From NCBI GenBank assembly GCA_045589295.1, contig JAZNOU010000006.1, forward strand, positions 1-45,891: DNA of 45,891 nt, written 5' to 3'. The notes below the pieces were generated by a model that had not been told where the DNA came from, ran no database searches, and was given only the letters and a program-made list of their open reading frames with translations. The position numbers were made by a program, and so were the translations under genes. Positions 27,721 through 37,777 of this stretch are shown here, in pieces. This DNA is from Clostridia bacterium. Its GTDB lineage: Bacteria; Bacillota; Clostridia; RGIG6154. Numbering within the stretch: the stretch's first letter is position 1; each line of letters starts with the position of its first letter.

Positions 27721-28038
27721 TTATATTATACTTATTACACTTTCGGCAATAAATACGACTATACACGAAATTGTTGCCACTTGTAAAAGGCTTTTTTCAT
27801 AATATGACGCAATAATTCCTGCTATTACTCCCAACGCGGCAGAATAAACAGAGCCACACGAATAAAATACTGCAGGAACTGTCATAACGCTCAACACTGC
27901 ATACGGTACATAATATAAAAACGATACTATAAATCTGTTTGTTATTTTCTTTTTGATTAAAACCAAGGGTAACATTCTTATGAGATATGTTGTTATAGCC
28001 GCAACCAAAAGGTATACAAAAAATTTGCCGTAGTCCAT
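27721..28038 (-). CDS. azlD: AzlD family branched-chain amino acid exporter small subunit
   Basis: TYLIRMLPL, FLYYVPYAVLSVMTVP; ATG 28038 behind GAGGTG; follows azlC. Confidence 0.88.
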   Translation of the reverse strand: MDYGKFFVYLLVAAITTYLIRMLPLVLIKKKITNRFIVSFLYYVPYAVLSVMTVPAVFYSCGSVYSAALGVIAGIIASYYEKSLLQVATISCIVVFIAESVISII

Positions 28039-28039
28039 A

Positions 28040-28771
28040 TTACACCTCTTCCTCTTTAACGGGCGCAACGAGTGCAGCCACTGCACTTGCAATACATGCA
28101 CATATAATAATAACAAATCCGCTTGGAACTGCTTTTAACAATGGAACAAAATAAAATAAAACACTAAGCGCGATTGCTCCCAAAACACAATAAAGTGTAG
28201 GTTTGCTTTTTTTTACTTCCGGTACTACTATTGCAATAAACATTCCGTAAATTGCAATGCCAAGAGCTGAAACTACGCTCCCTGGCAAAATATTTCCGGC
28301 ACTTGCACCAATGAGCGTTCCAATACTCCAACCTAAATACGGGGTTACAATAAGACCATAAAGATATTTTTTACCGACTTTCCTTCTTTTGCCTGATGCA
28401 ACTGCAAAAACCTCATCTGTATTTACAAATGAAATTAAAAAGCGGTCGATTAGTTTAACACTACTGCCAAGCTTTTGAGAAAGCGAAACCGACATTAATG
28501 CATACCTTAAGTTTATTATAAGCTGCGCTACAAAAAGCTCAATTAGACTTCCGCCCCCAAGCATTATAGGAACTGCCGCAAGCTGACCTGCAGAGGTCAC
28601 ATTTGTCATTGAAATCAACAGTGCCTGAATAACTGAAAGACCCTCTGACACTGAAAATATTCCAAACGCAAAGGATACTGATAAATACCCAAGGCAAATT
28701 GGCAAGCCATCTTTTATTCCGGATAAAAATTTATTATGCTCATTCATTATATTATTCCACTCCATGAGCAT
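28040..28771 (-). CDS. azlC: AzlC family permease (start could be 28747)
   Basis: GLPICLGY, SAGQLA, INLRYALMS, TDEVFA, GIAIYGMFI. Confidence 0.9.
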   Translation of the reverse strand: MLMEWNNIMNEHNKFLSGIKDGLPICLGYLSVSFAFGIFSVSEGLSVIQALLISMTNVTSAGQLAAVPIMLGGGSLIELFVAQLIINLRYALMSVSLSQKLGSSVKLIDRFLISFVNTDEVFAVASGKRRKVGKKYLYGLIVTPYLGWSIGTLIGASAGNILPGSVVSALGIAIYGMFIAIVVPEVKKSKPTLYCVLGAIALSVLFYFVPLLKAVPSGFVIIICACIASAVAALVAPVKEEEV

Positions 28772-28816
28772 ATTTTAACATAATTTCATAAAATATTCAA
28801 GAATGTTTTTTAATAC

Positions 28817-28846
28817 AAAAAAGGCACACAGCAGTGTGCCTTTTTT
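28817..28846 (-). terminator. Terminator closing the surface-protein cluster
   Basis: AAAAAAGGCACAC-agca-GTGTGCCTTTTTT. Confidence 0.85.
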
Positions 28847-28847
28847 A

Positions 28848-29711
28848 TTAGAAAATCTCTTTTGCCATTTTAAAGAAGTTTTCAAGACAAATTTCAGTTG
28901 CTTCGTAGCCGCCCAATGAAAAACCTGAACCTTGCGGTCTTGTTAAAAGTTCTTCAGATATTTCAAGCTTTACTCTGTAATGTGTTTCCATTACAATCCA
29001 GCCGTCATATCCATCATCTTTAAGGGCTGTGAGCTGACCTTTAAAGTCAACATCGCCATCACCGAACGGAACACCTGAAATAGTGCCGTCTGCATTTTTA
29101 ACTGCATCCTTAATATGAACGTGGTTTATTAAACCTTTCATAAAGTTGTAGCCGTTTGGATACGGAACTTCACCTGTTGGTGAATAAATGTCATTTCCCG
29201 GATCCCAAAGTCCCTTTACTCTGTCCATATCAATAGCTTTAATAACCTTTGCTAAGTCTTCTCCACAAGCCGCATTAACTGACGGATCTGACTCTAAAAG
29301 AACATAAATATCATTTTCCTCTAAAATATTTTCAACTGATTTATAAGCAGAAACTATTTCAGGAAGTGCTTCATCGAGTTCTTTTTCTTTAAAGAATGTA
29401 AAGCCTCTTATATATTTTGTTCCAAGTTCTTTTGCAACCAAAATACATTTTTTAAGTATTTCAATGCTTTCTTCAACTTCTTCTTTGTTGCAGTTGCATT
29501 TAAAAAATGGTGCTGATATTGCACAACATTCTAAGTTGTACTCTTTCATTGCCTTTTTAATTTGCTCAAGGTCTTCTTTTGTAAGCTGGTGCGGTCCGTG
29601 ATCATTAACCGAACGAATTTCAATTCCGTCAAGGTTAAATCTGCCCGCAAGTTCTGCTGCTTCAAAAATATCCTGAGAAATTTCATCTGTTATTACTGCA
29701 TATTTTACCAT
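28848..29711 (-). CDS. Sugar phosphate isomerase/epimerase (xylose isomerase-like TIM barrel)
   Basis: ITDEISQD, IEIR, LLE, WDPGN, HVHIKDA, GYDGWIVMETH metal-binding pattern. Confidence 0.88.
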   Translation of the reverse strand: MVKYAVITDEISQDIFEAAELAGRFNLDGIEIRSVNDHGPHQLTKEDLEQIKKAMKEYNLECCAISAPFFKCNCNKEEVEESIEILKKCILVAKELGTKYIRGFTFFKEKELDEALPEIVSAYKSVENILEENDIYVLLESDPSVNAACGEDLAKVIKAIDMDRVKGLWDPGNDIYSPTGEVPYPNGYNFMKGLINHVHIKDAVKNADGTISGVPFGDGDVDFKGQLTALKDDGYDGWIVMETHYRVKLEISEELLTRPQGSGFSLGGYEATEICLENFFKMAKEIF

Positions 29712-29757
29712 TTTGTCTCTTCCTTTACTTTAAAAATCAACTCTAGCTGACCATATT

Positions 29758-32700
29758 TTATAATGTCTTTACATAGGTGTAAGGAATCATCTTGCCATTC
29801 GCATCCCAGACAAAGAGTTTAATTTTCTTTGTATTAGGCGCTGTGAAGTTAAAGACATATTCGCTTGTGAATCCGTTAGCCGGAACAGTTATGGTCTTGC
29901 TCTTAGTTGAAATAAGTCTGTTATCTTCACTGTAGCATGCAATATGAATTGTTGCATCTTTTGCACTGTCGGTTAAGTTATATGCATAAGTTGTAACATT
30001 AAAGTTATCACTTTCCTTACCATCTACCGAGTAAACAGTAACACCTACCTGATTGCGTTCTTGTCCTTCAATCAAAGTGGTAAACTTAAATGCGTCTGAA
30101 ATTTCAACTTCACCTGTTGCATACTTATGAGTTGCCGTAGTACTTACTCTCCAGTAGTAAACCTTGTCACTCTCTAAGCTTGCTTTTACTTTGTATGAAA
30201 GGTCATAGGTCGTATCACTTTCAACCATACTTTCTGGTGAAAAGCTCTTATCAGTTGCAACTTCAACAAAGTATTCCTGTGCGCCTTCTACTGATGCCCA
30301 CTTAAGTGATAAGTCTTTTGCAGAAATTGAAACTTCAACCGGACTGATTGCCTTTACTTTTGCATTCTCAGCATAATCTTCTTCTGACAAAAGGCCCATT
30401 TTTGAGTATGGAATTGGTTCAATTCCTAATGACTCATAAACGCTTGCATCTGCATATCCCTTGCTCGCAAATGGATTTTCAGTTGTAAAATACTTATTGT
30501 TTTCATCAACAGTTCTGATGTAACCGCTGAATATTGCGCTATACTTACCTGCATTTCTACCTGATGCGTGTTTTGCTATGTCAATTCTATTTTCGCCTGT
30601 GTTAATCATAACGTTATTTGCAACATAGTTATCACGAGCAGACGAAAGGTAAGCGTTTAAATTGATTTTCTGAGTTGTTGCAGATGTAGATGTAGAATAA
30701 CGATAGTATGTGTGAGTATGACTTCCTGTATAAGAGATAATGCTGGAGGTTTTTGCATTAGCAACAGTCTTCCCGTTATTTTCATACTCGGTAATTCTTC
30801 TATACATAAGCTCAGCCCATTTTTTAAGAAGCGGATAACGGTCAGCATAAGCACCTGTTATGGTTGTTCCATTTCCGCCATAACCTTCAGATGCTAAAAG
30901 TTTTTTTGTAATTGAACCATATTCAAGTGCACCAGTCTTCCATCTTGTTTCGCCGCTATTCTGCTGTTGCCAATATTGATTTGTAATTCTTATTGGTCCT
31001 TCATTTTCTCCCGCTGTATTTGTGTAGTTCAAGAGAACGTTGTTGTAAATGGTATTCTCACTTCCTGTATGAAGTTGAATCCAGCTTCCGTCAATGATAT
31101 TTCCGTAAATATAACATTCTGAAAGCATATCGTCAAAATATACAGCTCTTGGCTCTTTCGACGTGCTGTGGATGTAATTATATCTTACGTGATTGCCGCG
31201 GTTGAACATATCGTTACCATTAACATATATTGCACCTGAGTCAGTAGTAACTCTGGGTCCTGCAACAATTTCATTATATTCAACAACCGTTTCATTACCT
31301 GAAATACTCAGACAAGAGCCTACGTTGTTTGAAACAAAGTTATGGCTTATTATCTGCCCAATACCTGCAGCCGTAACGCCCTTTGTATTATAAAATACGC
31401 AGTTTTGTACAAACTGACGGTCAGGGATGAGCTGTTTCTTTTCCTCTCGGTCATCGCCTTCAAGGTAAACCCCGTAATCTTCTATATCTTTGAAAGTAGA
31501 ATTAATAACACCTGAGTATTTTCCCACAACATAAACGCCGCTGCCAACATTTTCAAACAAGCAATTCTGAACAACAACGCTGTCTGATTCGTTATAGCCT
31601 ACTATATTCACTGCTTTTCCTTTTGCTTTTGTAAAGTTAATGCCGTTAATTACAACATTTTTACATCTTGTAAAATCCCACATATAATTAGTATTAGAAA
31701 CTGCATATAGTATTTCAGCATCTTCTGTAAAGTCGGCTGTCGGATAAACATAAAGCTTGCCTGTATTTTTATCCACAAACCATTCGCCAGGGCTGTCAAG
31801 CTCTTCTAAAACATTGTAGTAATAGAAAGAAGGGGAATAAGTGTCAGTTTTAGTATATTTACAACCCCAACTTATACCTTCTTTTGTTCTGATGCTTCCT
31901 TTTGCTGGGTTGAATTTTGCAATATTAAGGTGATCCAATGTCCATTCATTATAAAATCTTCCATAAACCCAGATGTCACCTGTATTTACCCATGAGAATG
32001 GTCTTAAATCTTCAATACAGAACTCGGCACCTGTTGCCATTGCTGTTTCTTCAGCAGTTGGTGTTTTCCCTGAAGCAAGAAGCTCAGTATACCACTTTGA
32101 ATATGTACGAGCCGGACCACATTCAGAACCAACCGCTATGTCAATAGCACCTGAGTCAATAACCCCGTTACTAACTCCTTTGCTATTTTTATCCGCATCA
32201 GCGCCTGTATATTCTTTCATTTCTGTTGTTTCTGAGTTCGGCCATCTTGCAATGGTATATTTGCTCTCGCCTACAAATAAAGCAGGTTGAGAGCTTTTAG
32301 AAATCTCACCGAAATTTGTCATTCCATATTTTTCTTTTAAGTCAACAACCAGAATCTTATCAGCTGCCTCAGGTGCAAATCTTTGATATACATCCTGGTC
32401 AGTAACGTGTTCAAAATCAGCTACTTTAATAGTTTCACCGCCTGAAACTGTAACTTTTTCATTGTTATAATTTGAAACAATAAATGGTAATTCTTCCGTG
32501 CCTTCAACGTCTAGAATATACATTCCTTCACTCATAAGATATGTTCCTTCTCTTAAGTAAAGAATCATACCGCTTTGTGGCTTATGTTTTTGTAACGCAG
32601 CTTTTATTGTTTTAAATGGCTTATCAATTGTACCTGTAGCGGTATCATCATTACCATTATTAACATCAACAAAAACTTCCGTAAGCCCCTTAATTTTTGC

Positions 32701-33228
32701 AGGCTGTACAACAGGCATCTCTGATGGCAATTCATCTCTTCTTTCTACAAAAAGATCTTTTACTGCAGAAGCTGTTGGCGCGCCATAGCTTGTAGGCAAG
32801 CCTTTTAACGCCTCCAATCTGCCTGGCTCTGATAAAACATCCTTTCTGGTGTCAATTTCTCTTGTTAAATGTGCGTACCCTGTTGTGAAATAGAGGGTAT
32901 ATACACCTGGAGCACCTGTATGCTTAAATTCATACTCAAATGAACCGTCAGCCTTTGCATCAATTTCCTCATAGTATGAAAATACTTCATTACTATCTGA
33001 ATGCTGTGGAATTTCGTCGCGTGTTTTCCCTGGATTTAACATATAAAATGTTGCCCAGTTTCTTCCCATAGTTGTTGCCATTCTTCCCGACAGTTTGAGC
33101 ATTCCGGTATCAGCCTTATATTCTACAACCAAATGAATGCCCGACGATGTGTCTGCTGCAATACAGGGAAGAGAAAAACAACAAATAAGCATTAATACAC
33201 AAATAATAGTTGCAATAATTTTTTTCAT
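29758..33228 (-). CDS. Secreted right-handed beta-helix CAZyme-like protein (GH141-like motifs) with N-terminal Ig-like module, Fn3-like domain and C-terminal 'FVWD' module
   Basis: Signal peptide; FVDVNNGND...GTIDKPFKT, YTIARWPN, EELDSPGEWF, DSGAIY, VYFDD; Fn3-like 'LKWASVEGA...YYWRV'. Confidence 0.8.
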   Translation of the reverse strand: MKKIIATIICVLMLICCFSLPCIAADTSSGIHLVVEYKADTGMLKLSGRMATTMGRNWATFYMLNPGKTRDEIPQHSDSNEVFSYYEEIDAKADGSFEYEFKHTGAPGVYTLYFTTGYAHLTREIDTRKDVLSEPGRLEALKGLPTSYGAPTASAVKDLFVERRDELPSEMPVVQPAKIKGLTEVFVDVNNGNDDTATGTIDKPFKTIKAALQKHKPQSGMILYLREGTYLMSEGMYILDVEGTEELPFIVSNYNNEKVTVSGGETIKVADFEHVTDQDVYQRFAPEAADKILVVDLKEKYGMTNFGEISKSSQPALFVGESKYTIARWPNSETTEMKEYTGADADKNSKGVSNGVIDSGAIDIAVGSECGPARTYSKWYTELLASGKTPTAEETAMATGAEFCIEDLRPFSWVNTGDIWVYGRFYNEWTLDHLNIAKFNPAKGSIRTKEGISWGCKYTKTDTYSPSFYYYNVLEELDSPGEWFVDKNTGKLYVYPTADFTEDAEILYAVSNTNYMWDFTRCKNVVINGINFTKAKGKAVNIVGYNESDSVVVQNCLFENVGSGVYVVGKYSGVINSTFKDIEDYGVYLEGDDREEKKQLIPDRQFVQNCVFYNTKGVTAAGIGQIISHNFVSNNVGSCLSISGNETVVEYNEIVAGPRVTTDSGAIYVNGNDMFNRGNHVRYNYIHSTSKEPRAVYFDDMLSECYIYGNIIDGSWIQLHTGSENTIYNNVLLNYTNTAGENEGPIRITNQYWQQQNSGETRWKTGALEYGSITKKLLASEGYGGNGTTITGAYADRYPLLKKWAELMYRRITEYENNGKTVANAKTSSIISYTGSHTHTYYRYSTSTSATTQKINLNAYLSSARDNYVANNVMINTGENRIDIAKHASGRNAGKYSAIFSGYIRTVDENNKYFTTENPFASKGYADASVYESLGIEPIPYSKMGLLSEEDYAENAKVKAISPVEVSISAKDLSLKWASVEGAQEYFVEVATDKSFSPESMVESDTTYDLSYKVKASLESDKVYYWRVSTTATHKYATGEVEISDAFKFTTLIEGQERNQVGVTVYSVDGKESDNFNVTTYAYNLTDSAKDATIHIACYSEDNRLISTKSKTITVPANGFTSEYVFNFTAPNTKKIKLFVWDANGKMIPYTYVKTL

Positions 33229-33301
33229 ATATTTTCTCGCTTTCTTTTTTAATGTCGATAAATTTTGGCCAAAATTTCTTTCCCTATTTTAAGGTCCAAA
33301 T

Positions 33302-33323
33302 GGGAACGGGCATGCCCGTTCCC
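33302..33323. other. Perfect 22-bp GC-rich palindrome between the two beta-helix genes
   Basis: GGGAACGGGCATGCCCGTTCCC; the T tract follows it on the + (antisense) strand only. Confidence 0.8.
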
Positions 33324-33338
33324 TTTTTTGGTCAATTT

Positions 33339-36300
33339 TTATTTTGCACTGCTAATTGAAACTTTTCCAAGTGTGTTATGGCAGTAGAATAAGAAATATC
33401 CTTCTTCATAAATTGGGTTGTCAGTATCTAAATACTCTAAAACAACGTTTCCATTAACTTTAAGTGTACTTAATACACCGCCGTCAACATTTACGGAACC
33501 TACTTCAAATTCATAGGTTTCGCCCGACTTAATCTGTCCGTTGTTCGGAACCATAGCAACAATTTCTCCGTTGCCTTTTTCAAGATACTTCTGGAATTCA
33601 ATCAAATCTTCTTTAATAACAAAGAAGTATCCTTTTGCCTTTGTAGGTATAACTTTAGTATCCAACTGTCTTGTAGCGATTGCCTGCCAATCCCCAACAT
33701 TGTCATACTTAAAGCCAAATTTCATCAACTGTTTTGGTGCCAAAGAATTTTTAAATGCAAATACTGTGCTTTCCTTCTCGTTAGGAACTACTTCAATAAC
33801 TGTGTTATCACTTGCAAGACTTATCGCAGCGAGTGCACTTGTGCTTTCCCATAGTGAAAGGTCAAGCTCTTTTATTGCATAAGTGAATTCTAAAGTATCA
33901 TTTTTCTTAATATCTGCAACAACAGTATTTAATGCATCTGCAGCTGCTTTTACATCTTCTTTAGCTTCAACTGCTGCAAGTGCTGATTTTGCAGTTGCGA
34001 TTGCATCTTGCAGTTTTGCTTTTGTACCTGTTTTGTATGTAACAGTTTCAGCCGCCAAATCGCTTTCTGTGATTGTTTCTTCAAAAGCCTGAGCTTGCTC
34101 AATTGCTCTTTCGAGCGCAGCGGTGCTTACAAAATCTCCGTCCAAAGCAGCCATATCGCTAACGCTTGAATATTCTGTTGTCACATTCTTTGCCTGGTGC
34201 ATAAAGCCGTAGTATGCAGGAGCGTAGCAGTCAATAGTAGCATCTACGTCAAGGTAATCAAAGATTGTTTCGCCGTCAATTTTTACGGTAACATGGACAC
34301 CTTCGCTTGTAGGTCTTACTTCTGATACCAAATCAAACCATTCACCAGGTTTTATAATCTCATTGTTATTTACAACGTCAGCCAAAACAGGACCGGAAGC
34401 AGGTTGCGGATATCTTTGAAGCTCAATGAGGTCAGACTTAAAGATTAAACAGTAGCCACTAACTGATGTAATACCGCCCGGAATAGCGATAGAACCGCTA
34501 ATATCAACGCCTGTATAGTCATCAAGTCTTTCGTGTCTTACGCTCATCGCAAGAGTTGCTCCTGCGGACAATCCGCGGACAGTACTTGCAACAACGCCGG
34601 AAGCCGTTCCGCCTGAAAGCTTTAATGTATCGCCAAGATATTCATCAACAATACCTGCTGTATTTTTCTTGAATTTTTCAGCAACTACTTCATGTGAACC
34701 CTTACCAAAGTTTACAGTATAAGGAATTGCGTTTTCAGCAAGTTTAATATAGAAGTCTTTCTGCCACTGAACACAGTATTTATCAAGGTCATCCTGTAAC
34801 TTAAATTCGTCTCTCTTAACTTTTCCTTCTTCAATAAAGTCTCTGAGAATCTTGATAGTACCTTCTTTGTAAAGAGGCATATCAGACGGATAGTTTTCTG
34901 CTTCAGGTGAGCCTTCTTCAACAACGTTACCTGCATCAAGGAATTTACTCATTGATTTAAACGCTGCATCCATTTCCACACTATCAAGCTCAATCATATC
35001 AACAGCTTCTTCAAATGTGTATGTTACAAAAGTTGCTGTTTCCATAACAGAAGGAGTTTTGCTTACCTTTTCTGTCCATGAATTTGTTGAAACAGTCCAA
35101 TAGTACTGCTTACCAAACTCAAGATCTGGAAGTGCAAGTTCTTCTGCTTGGGTTTCTGTCTCTAAGATAATATCCTTAAATTCAGGATCTGTTGCTAATT
35201 TAACATTGTATGATGATTTACCAAAAGCCTCGTTCCATATGAGAGCAACACCAGTAGGCAGTATCTTAACCTCATCGCTGTTCATAGGAGCAGCAGGTTT
35301 AATCTCTGGGAGTTCCAAAGGCTTATCTAAAAGTGCAGGGTCAAAAATCGGTCCCATTTGAACATTTTTCTTAAACGGTTCAATTCCCGTGGTAAGCTTA
35401 CTTAAAGTTTCATCATCAAAATCTAAAACGCCATTGTCCCAATCGGTAAATTCAAGCACTGATGGGTCTTCGAATAAATAGTTATTTTCAACAACATAAT
35501 CAATTTCACGGCTTATAATTTCTACGTCTACCGGAATATTCACCGCAATATTGTTTTTGTAAACATTGTTTTTAGGAGATGAAAGGTAAAGCCCCTCTTC
35601 ATCGTCAGTACTAACATAGTTAGGATTAAAATAATGATCGTATGTATGCTGAAGTATTCTTCTCTGCCAATCATACTGATACGGGAATCTGCTGGTCCAA
35701 CTTAAAGTATAATAATCACCATAACGTTTTGTGTATCTTGATGACGTCTGAGGTATAACAACGCTACCCCATTCTGCTGAACCATGACCGTATCTTGTTG
35801 AGTTACTTATAGCAGAGTTTATATCAGGTAACTTACATATCAGATTATTATAAATCATATTGTCTGAACCTGAATGGAGGAATATTCTTGCTTCGTTTAA
35901 TACGTTACCATAAACATACATACCACCAGAAAGGTCATCAAGATAAATTCCTATAGGTGTGTGTCTGGGTGTAATAGTTGATCTGTTAAAGAAATTATAT
36001 CTTACAATGTTTCCTGCATTTCTTCCTGATCCATTATTATAGAAAAGTCCGGCATCAAGACCAACATCAGGTCCTGCAACAAATTCATTATACTCAACGA
36101 TTTTATCGCCAGAGCTTGCAGTTGTTGAAATACCCATGGTGTCAAAACCTGTTATAAGACAGTGCGAAACAATGTCTCTTGAACCACTAGTAATAGTAAT
36201 TCTCTTAGAATAACAGTTTTGAATAAAGTTTCCTGCAATCCTGTTATTTAGTTCAGGTGTCGGGCCATTCATACTGCTTTCGCCAAACAAAATTGAACAA

Positions 36301-37760
36301 GTAACACCATTTTCATAAACTGTTGTGTCCTGCTCTATGCAATAGTTACTTGTATTTTTAATTGTAGTATGCTGAACAAGATTGCGGTTGGCGCTATTTT
36401 CCATTCGGACGCCGTTATAACCCATATCCAATGTAATTCCGTTTATAACAGAATATTTTGTGCCTGACATAGTAATAAGATTGTCTGTTGCTGTAACTAC
36501 CTGAATTAAGGTATTGTCTTTTATTTCAACTGAAGGGTAAACATAAAGCATACCTGTCTTATTATCTAAGAACCATTCACCAGGATTATCAAGCTCTTCT
36601 AAGATATTATAGTAATAGAAGTTTTTCTCTTTAATATACTGAGCACCATAGTTACTATAGTCATAAGACTTAATAGTCATTTTGTCTTCATTCCAGCTCT
36701 GAACCCTGAAGTGGTAAGGACACCATTCCATATAGAAATATCCGTAAAACCAGATATTATCTGTGTTTTCCCATGAAAATGGTCTTGGGTTAACAACCTG
36801 GAACTCAATACCTGTACCTGTTTTTCCTGTATAGTTACCAATACTTGAGTCATCGATAATATCACCAATATTAACAACACCATGAGAACCATCCAATCCT
36901 TCATACTGTGCCATATTAGTCATACCAACGTTAGGCCATCTTGCAATTGTGTAAAGTATGCCGTCAATATAAAGTGCAGGTCTTGAAGTTCTGGTCATTG
37001 TACCAAAGTCTGTATAACCAAGCTTACCTAAATCAACTGAATAGATATATGGCTTTACAGAATCTTTGACTTTTCTGTTGAATGTAGCGTCATTTGCTTT
37101 ACTAAGCTGTGATCCCGAAACTGTCATAGCTCCTGTAAAGGTAACTTTTTCATCTTTATAGTTTGAGTAAAATACCAAATCTTTTTCGCTTGAACCGCCT
37201 GATTTTTGAGTGAGCGATACAGCTTGTAAAATTGAGTATACACCCTCTCTGAAGTAAACAGTTACGCCACCTTTTTTAGACTTAAGCTTATTTACTGCGT
37301 TTACTGCTCTTTGAGGTGTTTTAAAAGGTTCGTCTATTGTTCCAGGGTTGTGGTCATTACCTGTAGGCGATACATAAAATTTCACTTTTGATGCATCAAT
37401 TTCTGCCTTTGTATACGGTGCAAAAACAGGTACTTCATCAGGAAGAGTTTCTCTAACCTGTTTAAAACGTCCCTCTGTATCATTAGTAAGTGTGTTATAC
37501 AAAAAGTCATCTGTAAGGCCTAATGTATAATCTCTTGTAAGTTTTGTTCCTGTTGACTCTACAACATAGTTTTCCCAGTCAATATTTATGCCGTCAAGTA
37601 CACCTGCAGTGTTTCCCGAAGCATCGCCCGAAGCAGATAAAATTACTGCTTCAGGCTGTGCTGCTGTTTCTTGTTCTGCCGCTAATACTGCAAAATTTGC
37701 AGAAGTAAGCATCATTAACACTACAAGTATCGAGGCGACTGTTTTATGAAATTTATTCAT
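33339..37760 (-). CDS. Secreted right-handed beta-helix CAZyme-like protein (GH141-like motifs) with Fn3-like domain and two [helical + lectin-like] C-terminal repeats
   Basis: Signal peptide; FYVSPTGNDHNPGTIDEPFKT, YTIARWPN, EELDNPGEWF, DAGLFY, GIYLDD; AAGGAGG RBS. Confidence 0.8.
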   Translation of the reverse strand: MNKFHKTVASILVVLMMLTSANFAVLAAEQETAAQPEAVILSASGDASGNTAGVLDGINIDWENYVVESTGTKLTRDYTLGLTDDFLYNTLTNDTEGRFKQVRETLPDEVPVFAPYTKAEIDASKVKFYVSPTGNDHNPGTIDEPFKTPQRAVNAVNKLKSKKGGVTVYFREGVYSILQAVSLTQKSGGSSEKDLVFYSNYKDEKVTFTGAMTVSGSQLSKANDATFNRKVKDSVKPYIYSVDLGKLGYTDFGTMTRTSRPALYIDGILYTIARWPNVGMTNMAQYEGLDGSHGVVNIGDIIDDSSIGNYTGKTGTGIEFQVVNPRPFSWENTDNIWFYGYFYMEWCPYHFRVQSWNEDKMTIKSYDYSNYGAQYIKEKNFYYYNILEELDNPGEWFLDNKTGMLYVYPSVEIKDNTLIQVVTATDNLITMSGTKYSVINGITLDMGYNGVRMENSANRNLVQHTTIKNTSNYCIEQDTTVYENGVTCSILFGESSMNGPTPELNNRIAGNFIQNCYSKRITITSGSRDIVSHCLITGFDTMGISTTASSGDKIVEYNEFVAGPDVGLDAGLFYNNGSGRNAGNIVRYNFFNRSTITPRHTPIGIYLDDLSGGMYVYGNVLNEARIFLHSGSDNMIYNNLICKLPDINSAISNSTRYGHGSAEWGSVVIPQTSSRYTKRYGDYYTLSWTSRFPYQYDWQRRILQHTYDHYFNPNYVSTDDEEGLYLSSPKNNVYKNNIAVNIPVDVEIISREIDYVVENNYLFEDPSVLEFTDWDNGVLDFDDETLSKLTTGIEPFKKNVQMGPIFDPALLDKPLELPEIKPAAPMNSDEVKILPTGVALIWNEAFGKSSYNVKLATDPEFKDIILETETQAEELALPDLEFGKQYYWTVSTNSWTEKVSKTPSVMETATFVTYTFEEAVDMIELDSVEMDAAFKSMSKFLDAGNVVEEGSPEAENYPSDMPLYKEGTIKILRDFIEEGKVKRDEFKLQDDLDKYCVQWQKDFYIKLAENAIPYTVNFGKGSHEVVAEKFKKNTAGIVDEYLGDTLKLSGGTASGVVASTVRGLSAGATLAMSVRHERLDDYTGVDISGSIAIPGGITSVSGYCLIFKSDLIELQRYPQPASGPVLADVVNNNEIIKPGEWFDLVSEVRPTSEGVHVTVKIDGETIFDYLDVDATIDCYAPAYYGFMHQAKNVTTEYSSVSDMAALDGDFVSTAALERAIEQAQAFEETITESDLAAETVTYKTGTKAKLQDAIATAKSALAAVEAKEDVKAAADALNTVVADIKKNDTLEFTYAIKELDLSLWESTSALAAISLASDNTVIEVVPNEKESTVFAFKNSLAPKQLMKFGFKYDNVGDWQAIATRQLDTKVIPTKAKGYFFVIKEDLIEFQKYLEKGNGEIVAMVPNNGQIKSGETYEFEVGSVNVDGGVLSTLKVNGNVVLEYLDTDNPIYEEGYFLFYCHNTLGKVSISSAK

Positions 37761-37777
37761 TTAGTCAACCTCCTTTA

